In this document: positions 1-14,246 of the stretch, in pieces
How the letters are laid out: each line of letters begins with the position of its first letter
How positions within the stretch are numbered: the stretch's first letter is position 1
NCBI RefSeq assembly: GCF_009914755.1
Contig: NC_060930.1
Reading direction: 5' to 3' (one strand)
DNA: 64,000 bases
DNA from: the human T2T-CHM13v2.0 reference genome, Homo sapiens
Notes under the pieces: model-generated
What the model was told of the DNA's origin: nothing
Seen by the model: only the letters and a program-made list of their open reading frames with translations
The model's database searches: none
Translations under genes and position numbers: made by a program

Positions 1-175
1 AGATCAGCCTGAGCAAGACAGTGAGACCCCATCTCTACAAAAAATAAAAAAAGTTAGCCAAGCATCCAGGTATGGTGGTGCAGGCCTGTAGAGGTTTGAG
101 GCTGCAGTGAACTGTGACTGCATCACTGCACTCCAGCCTGGGCAACAGAGTGAGACTACATCTAAAAAAAAAAAA
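1..175 (+). mobile_element. AluJ-type SINE, partial (cut by window start; internal deletion in right arm)
   Basis: Alu motifs cagcctg...gagaccccatctctac, A-rich linker, gaggctgcagtga, cactgcactccagcctgggcaacagagtgagac, poly-A. Confidence 0.9.
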
Positions 176-732
176 TAGAAATTCAACAAGGCTCCACCCC
201 ACATGCATTGATTCAGAATTTCAGGAGGTGACATCAGGCCGAGTATACACTTTTAAACCTCTGCTGATGATTGATGCTGTTGCATAACCTGGGTTGAAAA
301 TTGTTATTTTCAGATGCAATAGCTCCTGGTTACATTCATTAAGTAAAGCTCCAAGCCTATAGAATTGAGAGATCCGATCTCAAACCCAGAGTATCCTCAC
401 TCACATGTAGGACACTATGGGGCTCCTCTAACCAATCTGCCAGGTCTTGTTTTTGTCTGCATTTTGCTCATATTATATAACCCCAAGCTACCCAGTGGAT
501 GGGGATAGAAACCCAGACTGATTCTGACTAATTTTTGTGTTTGAGGGATGACTGATTGTACCAAGCTTAACTATCTCTCCTCAGCAATGCTAGTCTGGAA
601 CTATCCCTCCCCAGCAATGCTGGTGTTGTTTTTACTTAAACTTCCAGCTCCTCTACAACTATTAGGACAAATGAAGTGGCTGAACACACTTCATTCAAAA
701 CATTAAACACCTAATAATCTTTGTAAAGTTGT

Positions 733-826
733 ATCTTCATCATGAAATCTTTGCCCATCTTTGCCACATTGTCTTCCACAATGGTTGAACTAATTTACAC
801 TCCCACCAACAGTGTGTAAGTGTTCC
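733..826 (-). mobile_element. Two fused short inverted L1 ORF2 fragments
   Basis: 733-758 is the reverse complement of 1521-1546 (25/26); 761-826 is the reverse complement of 1951-2016 (64/66). Confidence 0.9.
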
Positions 827-1112
827 ATAATACATCAGAAATGTATTATGACATTCCTGATGATCAACCCCAATGTTTAGATTTCATTTTCATTCTTATA
901 GGAAAAAGAAATACCAGCAAATCAGCACTTCACCCGTCCTCAGTTATCTAAAAGTAATTCTTTAATAAACTTTCTTGACCCAAATCCAAAGCTGGGGAGG
1001 CAGGAAGATAGTCAGGGCCCCCAGGGCTAGACAAGGCTGTGGCCGGGGAGGTAGACCTTCTGTTGTCACACTCTTCTTTTTGGGTGACTTGCTCCAATTA
1101 AAACATGGCTCT

Positions 1113-2589
1113 CCGAATAGCCAAGGCAATCCTAAGCAAAAAAAAAACAAAGCTGGAGACATCACAGTACCCAACTTTGGACTATACTACAGGGCTACAG
1201 TAATCAAAACAGCATGGTACTGGTACAGAAACAGACAAATAGACCAATGGAACAGAATAGAGAACCCAGAAATAAGGCCACATGCCTACAACCATCAAAT
1301 CTTTGACAAACCTGACAAAAGCAAGCAATGGGGAAAGGATTCCCTGTTCAATAAATGGTGCTGGAATAACTGGCTAGCCACATGCAGGTGACTGAAACTG
1401 GACCCCTTCCTTACACCGTATACAAAAATTAACTCAATATGGATTAAAGACTTAAATGTAAAACTGAAAACTATAAAAACCCTGGAAGACAACCTAGGCA
1501 ATACCATTCTGCACATAGGAATGAGCAAAGATTTCATGATGAAGATGCCAAATGCAATTGCAACAAAAGCAAAAATTGACCAGTGGGATCTAATCAAATG
1601 AAAGCGCTTCTGAATAGCAAAGGAAACTATCAAGTGAAGAGAAAACCTACAGAATAGGAGAAAATTTTTGCAAACTATGCATCTGATAAAGGTCTAATAT
1701 CCAGCATCTATAAGGAACTTAAACAAATTTATTAAAAAAAACCCATTAAAAAGTAGGCAAAAGACATGGCAGACACTTCTCAAAAGAAAATGTATACGCA
1801 GCCAACAATCATATGAAAAAAACCTCAACATTACTGATCATTAGAGAAATGCAAATCAAAACCACAATGAGATGCCATCTCACACCAGTCAGAATAGCTA
1901 TTATGAAAAAGTCAAAAGATGACAGATGCTGGTGAGGTTGCAGAGAAAAAGGAACGCTTACACACTGTTGGTGGGAGTGTAAATTAGTTCAACCATTGTG
2001 GAAGACAGTGTGGCAATTCCTCAAAGACCTAAAAACGGAACTACCATTTGACTAAGCAATTCCATTACTGGATACATACCCCAAGTAATATAAATCATGC
2101 TATTACAAAGACACATGCACATATGTGTTCACTGCAGCACTGTTCACAATAGCAAAGACATGGAATCAACCTAAATGCCTATCAATGACAAACTGGATAA
2201 AGAAAATGTGGTACATATATACCACGGAATACTATGCAGCCACAAAAAGGAATGAGATCATGTCCTTTGAAGGAACACGGATGGAGCTGGAGGATATAAT
2301 CCTTAGCAAACTAACACAAGAACAGAAAATCAAATACTGCATGTTCTCACTTATAAGTGGGAGCTAAAGGATGAGAACACATGGATACATACAAGGGAAC
2401 AACACATGCTGGGGCCTATTGGAGGGTGGAGGCTTGTGGGAGGGAGAAGGGAGGAAAAATAACTAATGGATACCAGGCTTAATACCTGGGTGATGAAATA
2501 ATCTGTAAAACAAACCCCCATGACACAAGTTTGCCTATGTAACAAACCTGCACATGTACCCCTGAACTTAAAATAAAAGTTAACAAAAC
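1113..2589 (+). mobile_element. 5'-truncated L1PA (older primate, about L1PA11-16): ORF2 3' part plus 3'UTR
   Basis: ORF2-like peptide [30 protein letters not shown]...[14 protein letters not shown] with stops and frameshifts; L1PA 3'UTR ending aacttaaaataaaagtt; TSD aaaaca(t/c)ggct at 1100-1110 and 2590-2600 with TT|AAAA site. Confidence 0.95.
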
Positions 2590-3671
2590 AAAACACGGCT
2601 TCTACTACCTTGGAAACTTTAATAGAGGGGCAGAAGCAGGAAAAACTATACTGATCCACGTCAATGACAACCTGAAATAGCCAATGTTTCTTGTACCTTT
2701 GAGTAGCAAGTATTCTCTAAGTGACTGAAACTAGTTTGAAGCACATACTTTTTTCTCTACTGAAACATTTTACTTTCTAGTGGATTAAATAGTTTACCTA
2801 GGGGTTACAAAAAGGCTTTACTGTCACAAATATCAGAAATTTTTTCATTTTCATAGATCTGCTTTATTTGTGTGCTAACAGCCCTGTCTAGATACAACAA
2901 GGCAATCAGAATTGTTTTTATCAAAGAAAATCAGCCAACTGGAAATCCTTCCTAATTCCAAAGATGAATGTTGCACTCATTTATGGCTATTGTTGACTTT
3001 TCTAAAATCAGGTTATCTTTCTGATGGAAAAAAAAAATGGATTTAGTTTGAGCAGCTACACATATATGTCCCTGGAATTGAAGCTGGAAGGGGAAAGACT
3101 CTTTAGATAATCATGAAACATGAAGTTGTGTCTGACAGGAATAACAGCTCACGAAAAACTACCCATGAGAACGGACTTCCAGACAAGGGTGGTTCATAGT
3201 CCAGGGGGAAACACCCCTGACAATAGACACACAGCTTCAGAACCACACACCCCCTACTGATGCCAGGGAGATCTGTGGGCAAATCTTGCCTTATTCCATG
3301 AAAGACTAGTCTACATCTAAAAATGTATTTATATTTCATTTATATAAATAGGAACCCATATCATTAAGTAACCTAGAAAGAAAAAAAAGGCAATTTTCAG
3401 GAAATACTTGTAAAACACTGAATGAAAACTTCTGAAGTATAATTTACACATTCCTCCTTTATGATGACTTGGTGCTTAGAAGAGATTAAGATTTCTGGGC
3501 ATAATTGATAATGATTCATAAAACAAATTCAGAAGAAGAAAGATAGCCATCTCCACAGATTCATATGTTTGAGTTTATTATATTATATACACATACATAT
3601 GCATTCTCCTTCCCCAATATGAGGACAGCTCCTATGTTTAAAACTTTCTTTCCAAATTTGAGGTGGTGATG

Positions 3672-4128
3672 GATCCACTACAGTTCCAGTAAAGATTCAG
3701 ATACCATATTAAAATATTTAACTGAAACTAGTTTAAAGAAGGAATTATTTATAGTGGCATGATCAAGATTAGGGAAATCAATAAGGAATGGTGAAATGTC
3801 AAGGGACTAGGAACAGGAGGAAGTTATTCCTGGCACTCGTCCTGAATGAACAGGGGGGCAGCATTATCAGAAAGGGAGGGCCTTGGTGCCCTGAAAGAAG
3901 CCCCTCCACAATAGAAGCTGGTAGTAGAGAAACTTAATGAGGCAGGGAAGAAGCAGTGATGGAGTGGGAGGGTTTATCACCTGACCAATTTCAGATACCT
4001 TCCATTGGCCCAGTTCATCTGGAAGCCAGAGGGCAAGGAAGGAGATGGTGCAACCCAAAGGCTGGCCTCTTAAGGCCCAGAGCAAAGCAGAGAATAGATT
4101 TGGGGAGGGTAAACAAAGAATAACCACC
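3672..4128 (-). mobile_element. LTR33-like ERVL solo LTR
   Basis: Motifs ccattggccc...ggaagccagagggcaagg...ggcccagagcaaagcagagaatagatttggggaggg resemble the reverse complement of LTR33. Confidence 0.7.
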
Positions 4129-4230
4129 TTAATGGGAGAGAAGACACACACAGAAGAGTCAACTAATGACACAAAATAGAAAATGGCCCTGCAAACCCAT
4201 CGTGACAATCTGTATGGACAATAGGTGAAA

Positions 4231-4460
4231 GCACAGTCTAGTAGGTAAGAGCATGGACTTTGAAGGTCAGCAGGTACTCCTTCAAATCCAGGCTCTGCTG
4301 CCTCAGTCCTCTATGTGCAACCTGGGTACATAACTGATTCTCTCTGCTTCATATAGATGAAAATAATAGTGCTTACCCTATAGAGTAATTATAAGATTTA
4401 AGTAAATCCTTTGGCTTGGTTCCTGGCACATGGCAAACACTCAATCAATGTTAATTACTA
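4231..4460 (+). mobile_element. MIR SINE
   Basis: gtaagagcatggactttgaag...ttcaaatccaggctctgc...cctggcacatggcaaacactcaatcaatgtta. Confidence 0.8.
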
Positions 4461-5227
4461 TCATCATCATCAACATCATTTTGTCATCATGATAACTATC
4501 AATAGGTGGATTTAGTAGAGGAATAACTTACCAATAACTTCTAAGGTCAGAGAAGGATGGGTAAAATTCGGAAAAGCAGGAAGTGATAGGAAAGAATTCG
4601 GAAGGGATTTAGTTGGGGAGGGGCGGAATGAACAAAGGTTAGGATGCAAGAATTCACAGAGTATGTTGATGGGGTTATGTCAGGGGCAGTAGATGCAGAT
4701 TGGGAGCGATAAAATATAGGAGGAGGGGATGATCCAGGGATACAGGCTCTCGGCTGTCAAGTCATATAAGTTTGGCCTTTGTCTTGTGCATTGTGGGAAA
4801 CAACCAAACATTTTTAAAGCAAATTACAAAGTAATAATAGTGTTTTTAGAAAGATTTACAATGTGGCAGAATTTAAAATGAATTTAGGCATGAATCTGAC
4901 TACTAGTCAAATCATAGCAGTGAATTATCAAATTCCTTGAAAAAACATGGGGAAAATGAATACAAGTAAAGCTATTAATTAATATCTATGAGTTAGTATA
5001 AGGATACTTCCCTACTCATCCTCCTAATAGTTACTGGGATCTTTGTATTTTCTGAGTCTTGGATGTTGCATCTATTGAAATTTCAGTCTGCTTCTGCATT
5101 CACTGACTCCAATCTAGCGACATTTGACCATTAGTTTCTTATAACTTAAAAATTTTAAACAGAATAGTTATTCTGGAGTCCAAGGAAGAAACAAGGGCTT
5201 TAAATGATAAAAGCATAAACTTTTTTT

Positions 5228-5385
5228 GATGACTTACAATGTTCTAGGTGCTGTGTTTTATAGATCTTCATGTATCTAATCTTCACAATAATCCTGTGAG
5301 GAAATTCTATTACCATTCCCATTTTATAGATGAGAAAATTAAGGCCCAAGGCTTTAAAGCAACATATGCAACACATACAACCAAT
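5228..5385 (-). mobile_element. MIR SINE
   Basis: tctaatcttcacaataatcctgtgagg...cccattttatagatgagaaaattaaggccc (MIR core). Confidence 0.8.
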
Positions 5386-5554
5386 AATAATTTATAGAAT
5401 TTGTATGCAGGTGTTTCTGTTCCATGTTTCCCAAGAAAGACACCCATAGAATGCACAGCTTCAGTTATTAAAGTTGATATCAATAATAGTGTTTGTTTTG
5501 GGCTACATTATATTTCATCTCTGTATCTTTGTTATAGTTTCAAAAGTCCTTTAC

Positions 5555-5715
5555 TATTTGCAAGGTTTACATCCATGATTATATCTGATCCTCACAATGA
5601 TGAAACAAGTTTAAGGTGGTTAACTAATTTGTCCAATATCCTCCAATTAGTAGGTAGCAGAGTTAAGACTTGAGTGCAAGTCTTCAAATTCCAAATTCTG
5701 TATTCTTTCCACTAG
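5555..5715 (-). mobile_element. MIR SINE fragment
   Basis: tgatcctcacaatgatgaaacaagtttaagg...aatttgtccaatatc...ggtagcagagttaagacttgag. Confidence 0.65.
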
Positions 5716-5754
5716 ATTAAAGAAGAATTAAGAACACAAAACTTAAAGAGGCAT

Positions 5755-6700
5755 CTATTCATTTATGTAATAAATTATAATACTCATTTACAAAGCACAG
5801 GTTATGTCTCTGACAATATCCTGGTTCTGATACAGAGGAGCAAATAATTTCTACCCTTAAAGTAGTCATTACTTAGAGAAGAGACAGAAAAAAAAAAAAA
5901 GGCAGTCCCCAGGTTGGAGTTGGGGGAGATAGCAGTTTTGGTGGCTTGTGGCTGGGTTGGGAAGAAATATTTACTAGAGAAGAAACACATGGTTGAATTT
6001 TGAAAAATATACGCATGGATGTGGTTAAAGAAAAGGAGCATGTGCAAAGATCTGGAAGCTTGGGAGAACACAGCGTTGGGGAGGTGCATGAAGCCCAATT
6101 TGGCTGGAGCTCAGAGGGGAGAGATAAGGCTGAAGGGTGAATCCGGGACCTTAAGGTCCAGGGTGGGGAACTAGGACTTCAGGCTGAAGTAGGGAAGTGA
6201 CACGCTCACATTCGCATCTCAACAAACTCACTCTGGAAGCAATCTAGAGGATGAACTGGAGGGGACTGAAACTAGAGCTTCAGCTATCACAAAGGTAGCT
6301 TCTTCATGATAGTCATGAGAGAAAGCATTGCATGGAGATGTACACGCAGTGATGGAAGGATAGATTGATTGAAGAGTGAGTAGGAGGTAGAATCATCAGG
6401 ATCTTATGATTCTTTAGACACCAGAGTAAGGGAAAGAGAAGGATGTCAAGAATGATTTCCCAGATTCCTGACTTAGACAACTGTAGAATTTAGTGGAAGT
6501 AAAAACTATGGTGATGGGAGAGAGATTAGTCCTGTGGGAATGTTGAAATCCATTCTGCACAAGCTGGTTTGAGCTGACTGTTGAAAATCCAAGTGGAGGT
6601 ATCTCATAGGAGTTTGACACATGTGTTTACAGACAGAAAGGTTAGTGTGGGCTGGTGATAGAGATTTAGAATTCAGCAATACATAATTGGTGCTTGACAA
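5755..6700 (-). mobile_element. L2 LINE remnant
   Basis: attcattt-type 3' end followed by purine-rich L2 antisense motifs (gagcatgtgcaaagatctggaag, tcactctgg, gtcaagaatgatttcccagatt). Confidence 0.75.
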
Positions 6701-6714
6701 TAACAACAGTTTTA

Positions 6715-6870
6715 GTTGACAACTATGTGTTGGGCACTCATTTTTCTGGGTATTCCAAATGTTTTATCATCTCATTTAATCATCACAAGAACATTTTATG
6801 AAGAACATAATTTTTCCCATTTTATGGGAGAGGAGACTGAGGTTCAAAGAGCTTATTAAATTAGTATGGC
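6715..6870 (-). mobile_element. MIR SINE
   Basis: atctcatttaatcatcacaag...cccattttatgggagaggagactgaggttcaaaga. Confidence 0.75.
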
Positions 6871-7574
6871 AGTCATGTCGGTGGATGAATTAGGGAGATT
6901 ATGTAGAAATGAATAGAAGATACCATACAGCTCAGAATTCCCAGAAATATCTGTATTGTATTGAATTGTATCTGTATTGAATACTCATTATGTGCCAGAC
7001 ACAATTCTAAGTACTAACAATATTCTGTAGAATTGAACACTTCAAAAAAGCCCGTGCTTTTGAAAAATCTATAAATACTTCTTTAATGATGATGTTAGAA
7101 AAATGCAACTGTTGGATTTCAAAGTGTAAGTTTGTGTTTACCTATGGTGAATTAGTGGTAGGATCTTGAAGAGCAAGACAATGTTAAAGAATAATGCCAA
7201 ATCATCCATGAGGAAAAGAAATATAAAGACTTTAGATTTCAGTCAGATGTGAAAGCTCTCTGGGGCAAGTTAGCAGAGGATGGTGACACAGGGCCCAGCA
7301 TTTGCACTTTGGTTTTACTCATTATCTGTGTGATCCACTTAATAAATACACAGCAGGGTGTCAGTGTAAAGAATGAGATAATGCTTATTAAAAACATGAG
7401 TTGGCATAAGGCAAACACAATCGAATGTAGATGTCGTCAGAATCTAACTCTGAATCATATGTCATCTTCTATGGTTTTACATATAAATTTCCTAATTCTC
7501 CAAAACGGTAGGTTTCATTTAATGGAGGCTGATCATGTGCCGGACTCAGTACCAAGAATGTTATAAACATTATT

Positions 7575-7745
7575 TTATTTATCTGCCTAATGATGGTTCT
7601 TGGCCTCATATCAATCCTGTAAGGTGGTTCTTGTTTATCACAAGGACCTTGAGTCTCATGAAGGTTAAATGACTTGCCCAAAGTCAAATAACTAAGTGCA
7701 CGGACTCTAAAGAAGTGACCATCTGATTCCATCACATGGCCTCTT
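7575..7745 (-). mobile_element. MIR SINE
   Basis: aaggttaaatgacttgcccaaagtcaaataactaagt. Confidence 0.7.
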
Positions 7746-8289
7746 GGAGGTGGAACTCCTCCGGGGGCAGGGGGAGGGGCCAGTCAAGGAAAGCCTGTCA
7801 CAACTTCACTTAAAAACACTTATTTGTTTTGCCCATAGCTTATGGTTTTCAGCAAAAAGCACTTGGAATATGTACCTTATTCTCATCATCCTTTTACTCA
7901 TACATTTTAACCATCTTCCTCACCATCATCATCATCAACGTGAATGCACATAGGGAAAAGCAGAGTCAAAAACACGAGATGCTTTTTTTCTTACATATTT
8001 ATAGCCTTAGAGGCTAAAAATGACTCAGATTAACTATTTTTCTTTGTGTAACTAACAGGCCCAACATTGTGGAACTATATATGAAGAAAGTGTGTCATGA
8101 CATATATACTAAGGGAAGAAAGGAATTTAGAGGAAATTATAGTTCTTAGTTTGCTTGTCACCTCTTCTAATTAACGAATATAAAAGAATTCATAGAAGAT
8201 GTGGAATTTCAGGAAATGTATAATTTCACACATCACTGTATATCATTGTGCCTGGCTGCCACAGGATTTGTATGCAAATAATATACTAG

Positions 8290-8596
<307 letters not shown>

Positions 8597-8786
8597 AACT
8601 AGCTTTTTTTTAAAAAAAAACATGATGGCCATCCATGGTTTTCTCTGGGTATTATGTCAACTACTTTGATTTCCATAATGTTCACCCAAATATGTTACCT
8701 GAATTATGATATTGCAGAAATATATTAGATGAAATAAAATATTCCCAGTCAAATACAAAGCATTTAAATTTTATATTTGCTAAGTC

Positions 8787-9106
<320 letters not shown>

Positions 9107-9788
9107 TGATTGAACCCTGTGGCAGTTTCCTTTGTCCCTTACTTAGTAGTGACAATACAGTTTAGATAGAAAATATTAGCATGGGAAATATTATCCGTTA
9201 AGATGTTCATGATGGTTAGTTTCTCCTGAAGCCAATGTATTTCCTTGGAATTGCTGAAGGAACTTTGCCAATATTTATGATCTGGAGAGCAATGTGTGCT
9301 ATGCACTTCACTTTTGTACTACAAATAAAATTAATTTTAACTGTTCATATGGAGTTTCAATTAGTTTTGTTCACTTTTTACCACAACCAGCTTGACGTTA
9401 AAAAAATAAACAACTTCGCTACTTGGTTTGGAATTAATTTGACAGCTTACTGAATGTTCCTGTATTAAGTTAGGAGGAGAAAACAGAACTCAAAATGCAA
9501 CTCAACTAAAATGTCAATTAAATACGTCCTTGGACTTTTAGCCATTCTGTGGTTATAAAATTGTTTTTAATAAATACATATGAATAAAATATCGTTATGG
9601 TGATAGATCTTCATCATATGGCCACATGAAATTACTTTGAGAATTAAATGATATAAAATATTAGGCATAGCCATAATAGCAACTAATACAGTTATTACTC
9701 TTATTATAAATTATTTTTGTCACCATTATTATATTTTCATATCTGAAGGCCAACTTCCAGCAAATGCCTTTTACAGTAGAGAAAATAA

Positions 9789-10083
9789 GTCTAGGTACAG
9801 TGGCTCACACCTGTAATCCCAGTGCTTTGGGAGGCTAAGGTGGGAGGATTGCTTGAGGCCAGGAGTTCAAGACCAGCCTGGGCAACAGAGCGAGACCCCA
9901 TCTCTATAAAAAATAAAAGAAATTAGTCATGCATGGTGATGTGCATCTTGTAGTCCTACCTACTTGGGAGGCTGGGGCAGGAGGATTACTTGAGGCCAGG
10001 AGTTCCAGGTCACAGTGAGCTATGATCCTGCCACCACAGGCCCAGCCTGGGTGACAGGCACCCTGTCTCTTAAAACAAAAAAA
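9789..10083 (+). mobile_element. AluJ
   Basis: gggaggattgcttgaggccaggagttcaagacc...; TSD agagaaaata. Confidence 0.93.
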
Positions 10084-11586
10084 GAGAAAATACAAAATTC
10101 ATTTAATAGGATAATGCTTCTTAGTTCATTGTCATCATTTACTGGGTTTAACTGAAATGTGAAATTGATTACCATCATCAATAATGTGCTTAAATTTCAC
10201 AAGTGTGAGTGAATTTTATCCTTTGGCAGCCCCTGACAGGAACTCACTTGGTCACTGTGTTCATACTTAATTGCTGTAATCATGGCACAGGATCTTTCTG
10301 AAAGCTAAGAAATTATTATCCCCCATAATATATCTACTAGGACTGTAGTTATTAACAATGCTTCGGATTTTCTTATAATCTTCCTTATTGATCATTGGGT
10401 TCAAAATATCTTGAATAACAAGTTTATTAATCATTTATACTGGGGTTGATAATGCAGAATTATTTAAGCATATAACTCTTTTTACATTTTTAAATTTCTG
10501 AATCTCTAAGACTTTTCTAAATATTATTTTAATTGATTGTGCTACATAGTTTCTCAGCAAGTTGGTGACAGAATCACAATTATGAACTGACTTATTTACT
10601 TACAGATCTTAGTTTCTTGGTCACAGTTTTCAATTTAGACACACTGGCTGAAATATGGAGTGAGAAGGATTTGAAGAGGATTTTTAAGGATAAAAATCCA
10701 ACAAAGAAAGGTCCTATCCAAATTGCATCAGATAATAGTTCAATTAGTATCCATAGCAATATATTCTCTCCAGAACAACATAGGTGATTACCAAGATACT
10801 GTTTTGGACTACAGTAAAGTAGGGGATAACATCTTTCCAACTCTCAAAAATATTCACCCCCAAAGGGTTTTTCTGAAGAACTGCAATGACTGAACTGAAC
10901 TGACACTGCATAAAGGCGAGGGAGTGGTGCTGTAGATGGATCACAGACCAGTTCTTCCAGGGAAAGCCTAGAGTTAAAGTGAAAAGAAGTAATCCAAGTC
11001 CCAACTTGCACACTCTGTCATCGGAGTTTCCAAGTAAGAAATACTTGGCTTCCAGACAACTGAATGAGACTTAGACTTTAAGCGGATTATCTGAATTGTT
11101 TCTCTAAAAGCCTTTACACCCCCACCCTTTTCAATAATCTACTTTAGAAAATAGTGGCAACATACTTTTGGAATTAAAAAAAAACTCTCACCACTTTACT
11201 ACATTATGTTATATTTTCTCTTAATTGTGAAAGACAGTATCTCCACATTTGGCAATGTTAAATGTGGCAGAAGGAACATTGTATTATAGCTCATTGATGA
11301 GTTGATATTAATCTGAACTATTTGGACACACTGCAGGGAGTTATGAGAAAAGAGAATATTACACCATTATGCAAAGTTGAAAATTTTGAATTAATAAATT
11401 GTCACATTTGAGCACTCTATTTCTGTAACTCCTTTGTTAAAATGTCAGTGCATTGCAGAAAAAAATTTCCTTAAAAAACAAGTGATTCAAGGACATGTTC
11501 TCAATAAAAAAATGGGTGGGCAAATTAAATACCATGCAAACACATAAGAGAGAAGAATATAATGGAAGTTCAAAATCCATCAATCC

Positions 11587-12014
<428 letters not shown>

Positions 12015-12239
12015 CTACTACATTAGCTATTTAACTATCTCTGTACCCCACTCTATCCTTATTAAATCCATCATTTTCTCATTTTTAACTAGAAAAGGCT
12101 GTGAAGAGTGTTGGGCTCATTGGAATATTGAGGTTTTGCCCCCAAACCTGCAACTGAGAAAATTACTTACACTTGATGGAGACATATTTCAAGTAATGCA
12201 GAGCCTTTTCCATTCATCCCATGTGTCATACCTGTATCA

Positions 12240-12540
12240 AATTAATATCTACCTGGGCTTGAGTCATTCTTACCTGTCTACCTGCCTTATCAAAATATAC
12301 CCATCCTTCAAGATTTGGCTTAGATACAAATCCCTTGGGTAATTCTCTCTTAATACCCCAATTTAGTTAACTTTCTACTTAACATAACATTCTTAATCGG
12401 TCTGTACTATGGTTATGATTTATTTGGCTACTTCCCCTCTGTAAGTTTCCACAGGACAGGGGTCTCCACTATCAATCACTTTCTCTCCAGTCCCCAAAGC
12501 AAGCCTGGCACATGGAAGATCCTCAAAATATATGGTTGTA
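12240..12540 (+). mobile_element. L2 3' end remnant
   Basis: ccatccttcaag...ctgtaagtttccacaggacagggg...gcctggcacatggaagatcctcaaaatatatggttg. Confidence 0.65.
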
Positions 12541-13149
12541 CAATTGTGGAAGACAGTGTGGTGATTCCTTAAGGATCTGGAACCAGAAATACCATTTGAC
12601 CCGGCAATCCCATTACTGGGTATATACCTAAAGGATTATAAATCATTCTACTATAAAGACACATGCACACATATGTTTATTGCAGCACTATTTACAATAG
12701 CAGAGACTTGAAACCAACCCAAATGCCCATCAGTGATAGACTGGATAAAGAAAATGTGACACATATATACCATGGAATACTAGGCAGCCATAAAAAAGAA
12801 TGAGTTCATGTCCTTTGCAGAGACATGGATGAAGCTAGAAACCATCATTCTCAGCAAACTAACACAGAAACAGAAAACCAACCATGGCATGTTCTCACTC
12901 ATAAGTGGAAGTTGAACAATGAGAACACATGGACACAGGGAGGGGAACATCCCACATGGGGGCCTGTCTGGGGGTGGGGAGCAAGGGGAGGGAGAGCATT
13001 AGAACAAATACCTAATGCATGTGGGGCTTAAAGCCTAGATGACAGGTTGATAGGTGCAGCAAACTGCAATGGCGCAAGTATACCTATGTAACAAACCTGC
13101 ACATTCAGCACATGTATCCCAGAACTTAGAGTAAAATTGAAAAAAAAAA
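12541..13149 (+). mobile_element. 5'-truncated L1PA (about L1PA7-8) 3' end
   Basis: End of ORF2 plus 3'UTR (gagaacacatggacacagggagggg...cagaacttagagtaaaatt); TSD aaaatatatgg(t/c)tgta at 12525-12540 and 13146-13161. Confidence 0.95.
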
Positions 13150-13508
13150 TATATGGCTGTATACATTCTGAAAACCATAAAAATGGGCATTATCACTTGT
13201 ACTAAGGCTATTTTTTAAGATTAAAATTTCAAAAATTATGTTGAATACTGAAAAGTTAGAATGAAAAAAAATCATGTGATGTTATTTTTAAAAAGCTTGG
13301 TAAATCAGCAAGGAAAGAGAAGACATATTCACATACTTTGTAAGGTATGTTTTTATACCAAACATGTGTTGCAGTGTGTACACATGTTCTTAGAAAGAAC
13401 AGATTTGCCATGAGTACCCAAAAGGAAGGTGTGCTTTGAATGGTTGTTGTAATCCATGAAGTGAGAAGGATTTTACTATGAAAAGAAGTACCCAATTAGG
13501 TGATACTT

Positions 13509-13802
13509 GTTTTTTTGAGACAGGGTTTTGCTCTGTTGCCCAGGCTGGAGTTCAGTGGTACCAGCCATCGTGGCTCACTGCAGCCTCCATCTCCGTGGCT
13601 GAAGCTATCTTCGCACCTCAGCTTCCTGGGTAGCTGAGACCACAGGTGCAGGCTACCATATCCAGCTAAATTTTAAATATTTTGTAGAGATAGGGTCTCA
13701 CTAGGTTGCCCAGTCTGGTCTCAAACTCCTGGGCTCAAATGGTCCTCCCACCTCAGCCTCCCAAAGTGCTGAGATTACAGGTATGAGCCACCACGCATGG
13801 CC
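13509..13802 (-). mobile_element. AluJ
   Basis: Antisense Alu with gctcactgcagcctcc and ctcctgggctcaa; TSD gtgat(a/t)cttgttt. Confidence 0.93.
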
Positions 13803-13974
13803 GTGATTCTTGTTTAAATATTCTCTATCTATATTGGGGTAGGTTCAAATCTAAATACTAAAAATTCTGCTATTTTATTTTCACACAACCAAAGGTTGCG
13901 AAACATAGTTTTGAAAAGATAAAATGCTATGACATGACTGAGAATTACAACACTGGTAATTTGGAGAGGCAATA

Positions 13975-14200
13975 CTACTCAGTGAAGAAAGACCAGTCTT
14001 AGAGGCAAATAGTTCTGGGTTCAAATCCCAGCTCCATCCTTTAGCTGCTTGACCTTATGAGAGGTATAAAATTTTTTTTTAAAAAATTGCTAATTCATCG
14101 GCAAAGTGCGAAAAATATTACCTATTTTTCTAGGTAAAAAATGCATTTATAGTACTTGACACATAGTATATTATCAACAAATATCATTTATTATTATTTT
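13975..14200 (+). mobile_element. MIR SINE
   Basis: ctgggttcaaatcccagctcc...gaccttatg...gtacttgacacatagta. Confidence 0.7.
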
Positions 14201-14246
14201 ACTTCAGCTCACTTGTCCTGTTAATTACCATTAAGAACTCAGGCAC

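Noticed and set aside
733-1113. Inverted L1 pieces as a twin-priming 5' inversion of the adjacent L1
   Set aside because: They lie outside the L1's TSD, are separated from it by unique DNA, and duplicate sequence already present in the L1
975-1391. 138-aa ORF with real-looking protein sequence
   Set aside because: Its C-terminal part is a fragment of L1 ORF2 in a truncated, stop-interrupted L1; the N-terminus is chance read-through from the flank
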